Source of the DNA: Malacoraja senta
Lineage: Eukaryota
DNA length: 64,000 bases
Assembly (NCBI GenBank): GCA_038087875.1
Contig: CM075997.1
Coordinates: forward strand, 1,304,001 to 1,368,000
Direction: 5' to 3'
Under the pieces are notes generated by a model. That model saw only the letters and a program-made list of their open reading frames with translations. It was not told the DNA's origin and searched no databases. The position numbers and the translations under genes are program-made. The first letter of the stretch is position 1; every line of letters begins with the position of its first letter. This document shows positions 62,791 to 64,000 of this stretch, one piece after another.

Positions 62791-64000
62791 TAATTCCATT
62801 TCTCCAGAAGTGCTAAATGACCCGCTGAGTTACTCCAGCTTTTTGTGATCTTTTACAATGTTCTTTAAAAAGAAAAGTTCATATCACCTGTTTCTTTCGA
62901 TTCCTTTTCAGGACACCAAAGTTATTTTACAGAAAGAAACAGCGAAACACTTGTCCCACAACTTGGAAACTCAGCAAAACACAAAGTGCTGGAAAAACTC
63001 AGCTGGTCGGGCAGCATCTGGGATGGGAAAAGGACTGGAAAACGTTTTGGGTGGGGACCTTTCTTCAAAAAGTCGGTTCATTTCCCTTCACAGATGCTGC
63101 CTGCCCTACGACATCTTAGACAATAGACAATAGGTGCAGGAGTAGGCCATTCGGCCCTTCGAGCCAGAACCGCCATTCAACGTGATCATGGCTGATCATC
63201 CCCAATCAGTACCCCGTTCCTGCCTTCTCCCCATATCCCCTGACTCCACTATTTTTAAGAGCCCTATCTAGCTCTCTCTTGAAAGTTCTATAGACAATAG
63301 ACAATAGGTGCAGGAGTAGGCCATTCGGCCCTTGGAGCCAGCACCGCCATTCAATGTGATCATGGCTGATCATCCCCAATCAGTACCCCGTTCCTGCCTT
63401 CTCCCCATATCCCCTGACTCCACTAGCTCTCTCTTAAAGTTAAACCAAAACGTAACTAAACAAAAATAATCTTCATATCTGTAGCTAATACCCCCGAATC
63501 CAGGCAGCATTCTGGTAAACCTCCTCTGCACCCTCTCCAAAGCCTCCACATCCTTCCTGCACTGGGGCGGGCGGAACTGCACGCCGTACTCCAAATGCGG
63601 ATGATGAAATGTAGGCTGAACTAGTAGTGACCCTTCTTTTTCTCACCGAATTACCAATTTTAGAAATGACACTGCCCGGAATGGAAAATAAAACCTCGTG
63701 ACAACCTGACACCAAACAAGAACAGATCCTTCTGCTCGGCGGCAGAATGAAGCACTGTACAGGAAATCAACAATGATAGTGCAGACGTGTGAAACTTTCC
63801 TAAACCCTTACTGCTGATTCAACCGATAAATGTCTTGTTTCCATGATTGAGAAGTGAGAACATTTTTTTTACAACTGAGTCACAGGAAAGTGGTGCAGAA
63901 AAGATGTAGAGATTTGCTGGCCAGTGAGAAATGAGTAACGTGTCGAGTGTTGCAAGACTTGGTTTATTGTTCAATGGATCAATGGCACTCTGTTGTCCGA

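Overview
Eukaryotic, repeat-dense vertebrate DNA, most likely from a cartilaginous fish (inferred from abundant HE1-like V-SINEs with CR1 tails). Two genes are visible. One is an intronless InaF-motif (INAFM-family) membrane-protein gene on the minus strand (2293-3936) with an unusually long, internally repeated C-terminal domain. The other is SAE1, with three plus-strand coding exons (11957-12099, 15625-15724, 37032-37134) lying just after a 200-N assembly gap. The rest is intronic/intergenic sequence full of V-SINEs, CR1, L2, Rex1/Babar, L1/Tx1 and Penelope-like (PLE) fragments plus several DNA-transposon MITEs. Two self-cleaving-RNA signals stand out. (1) A ~140-bp TSD-flanked retroelement at 40276-40416 (minus strand) whose first 54 nt fit a minimal, P4-less HDV/CPEB3-type ribozyme, with the element 5' end at the predicted cleavage site. 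(2) Dozens of minimal hammerhead motifs carried in PLE terminal repeats, often as inverted pairs. Repeat family names come from remembered motif similarity, not database searches, and repeat boundaries are approximate unless a TSD defines them.
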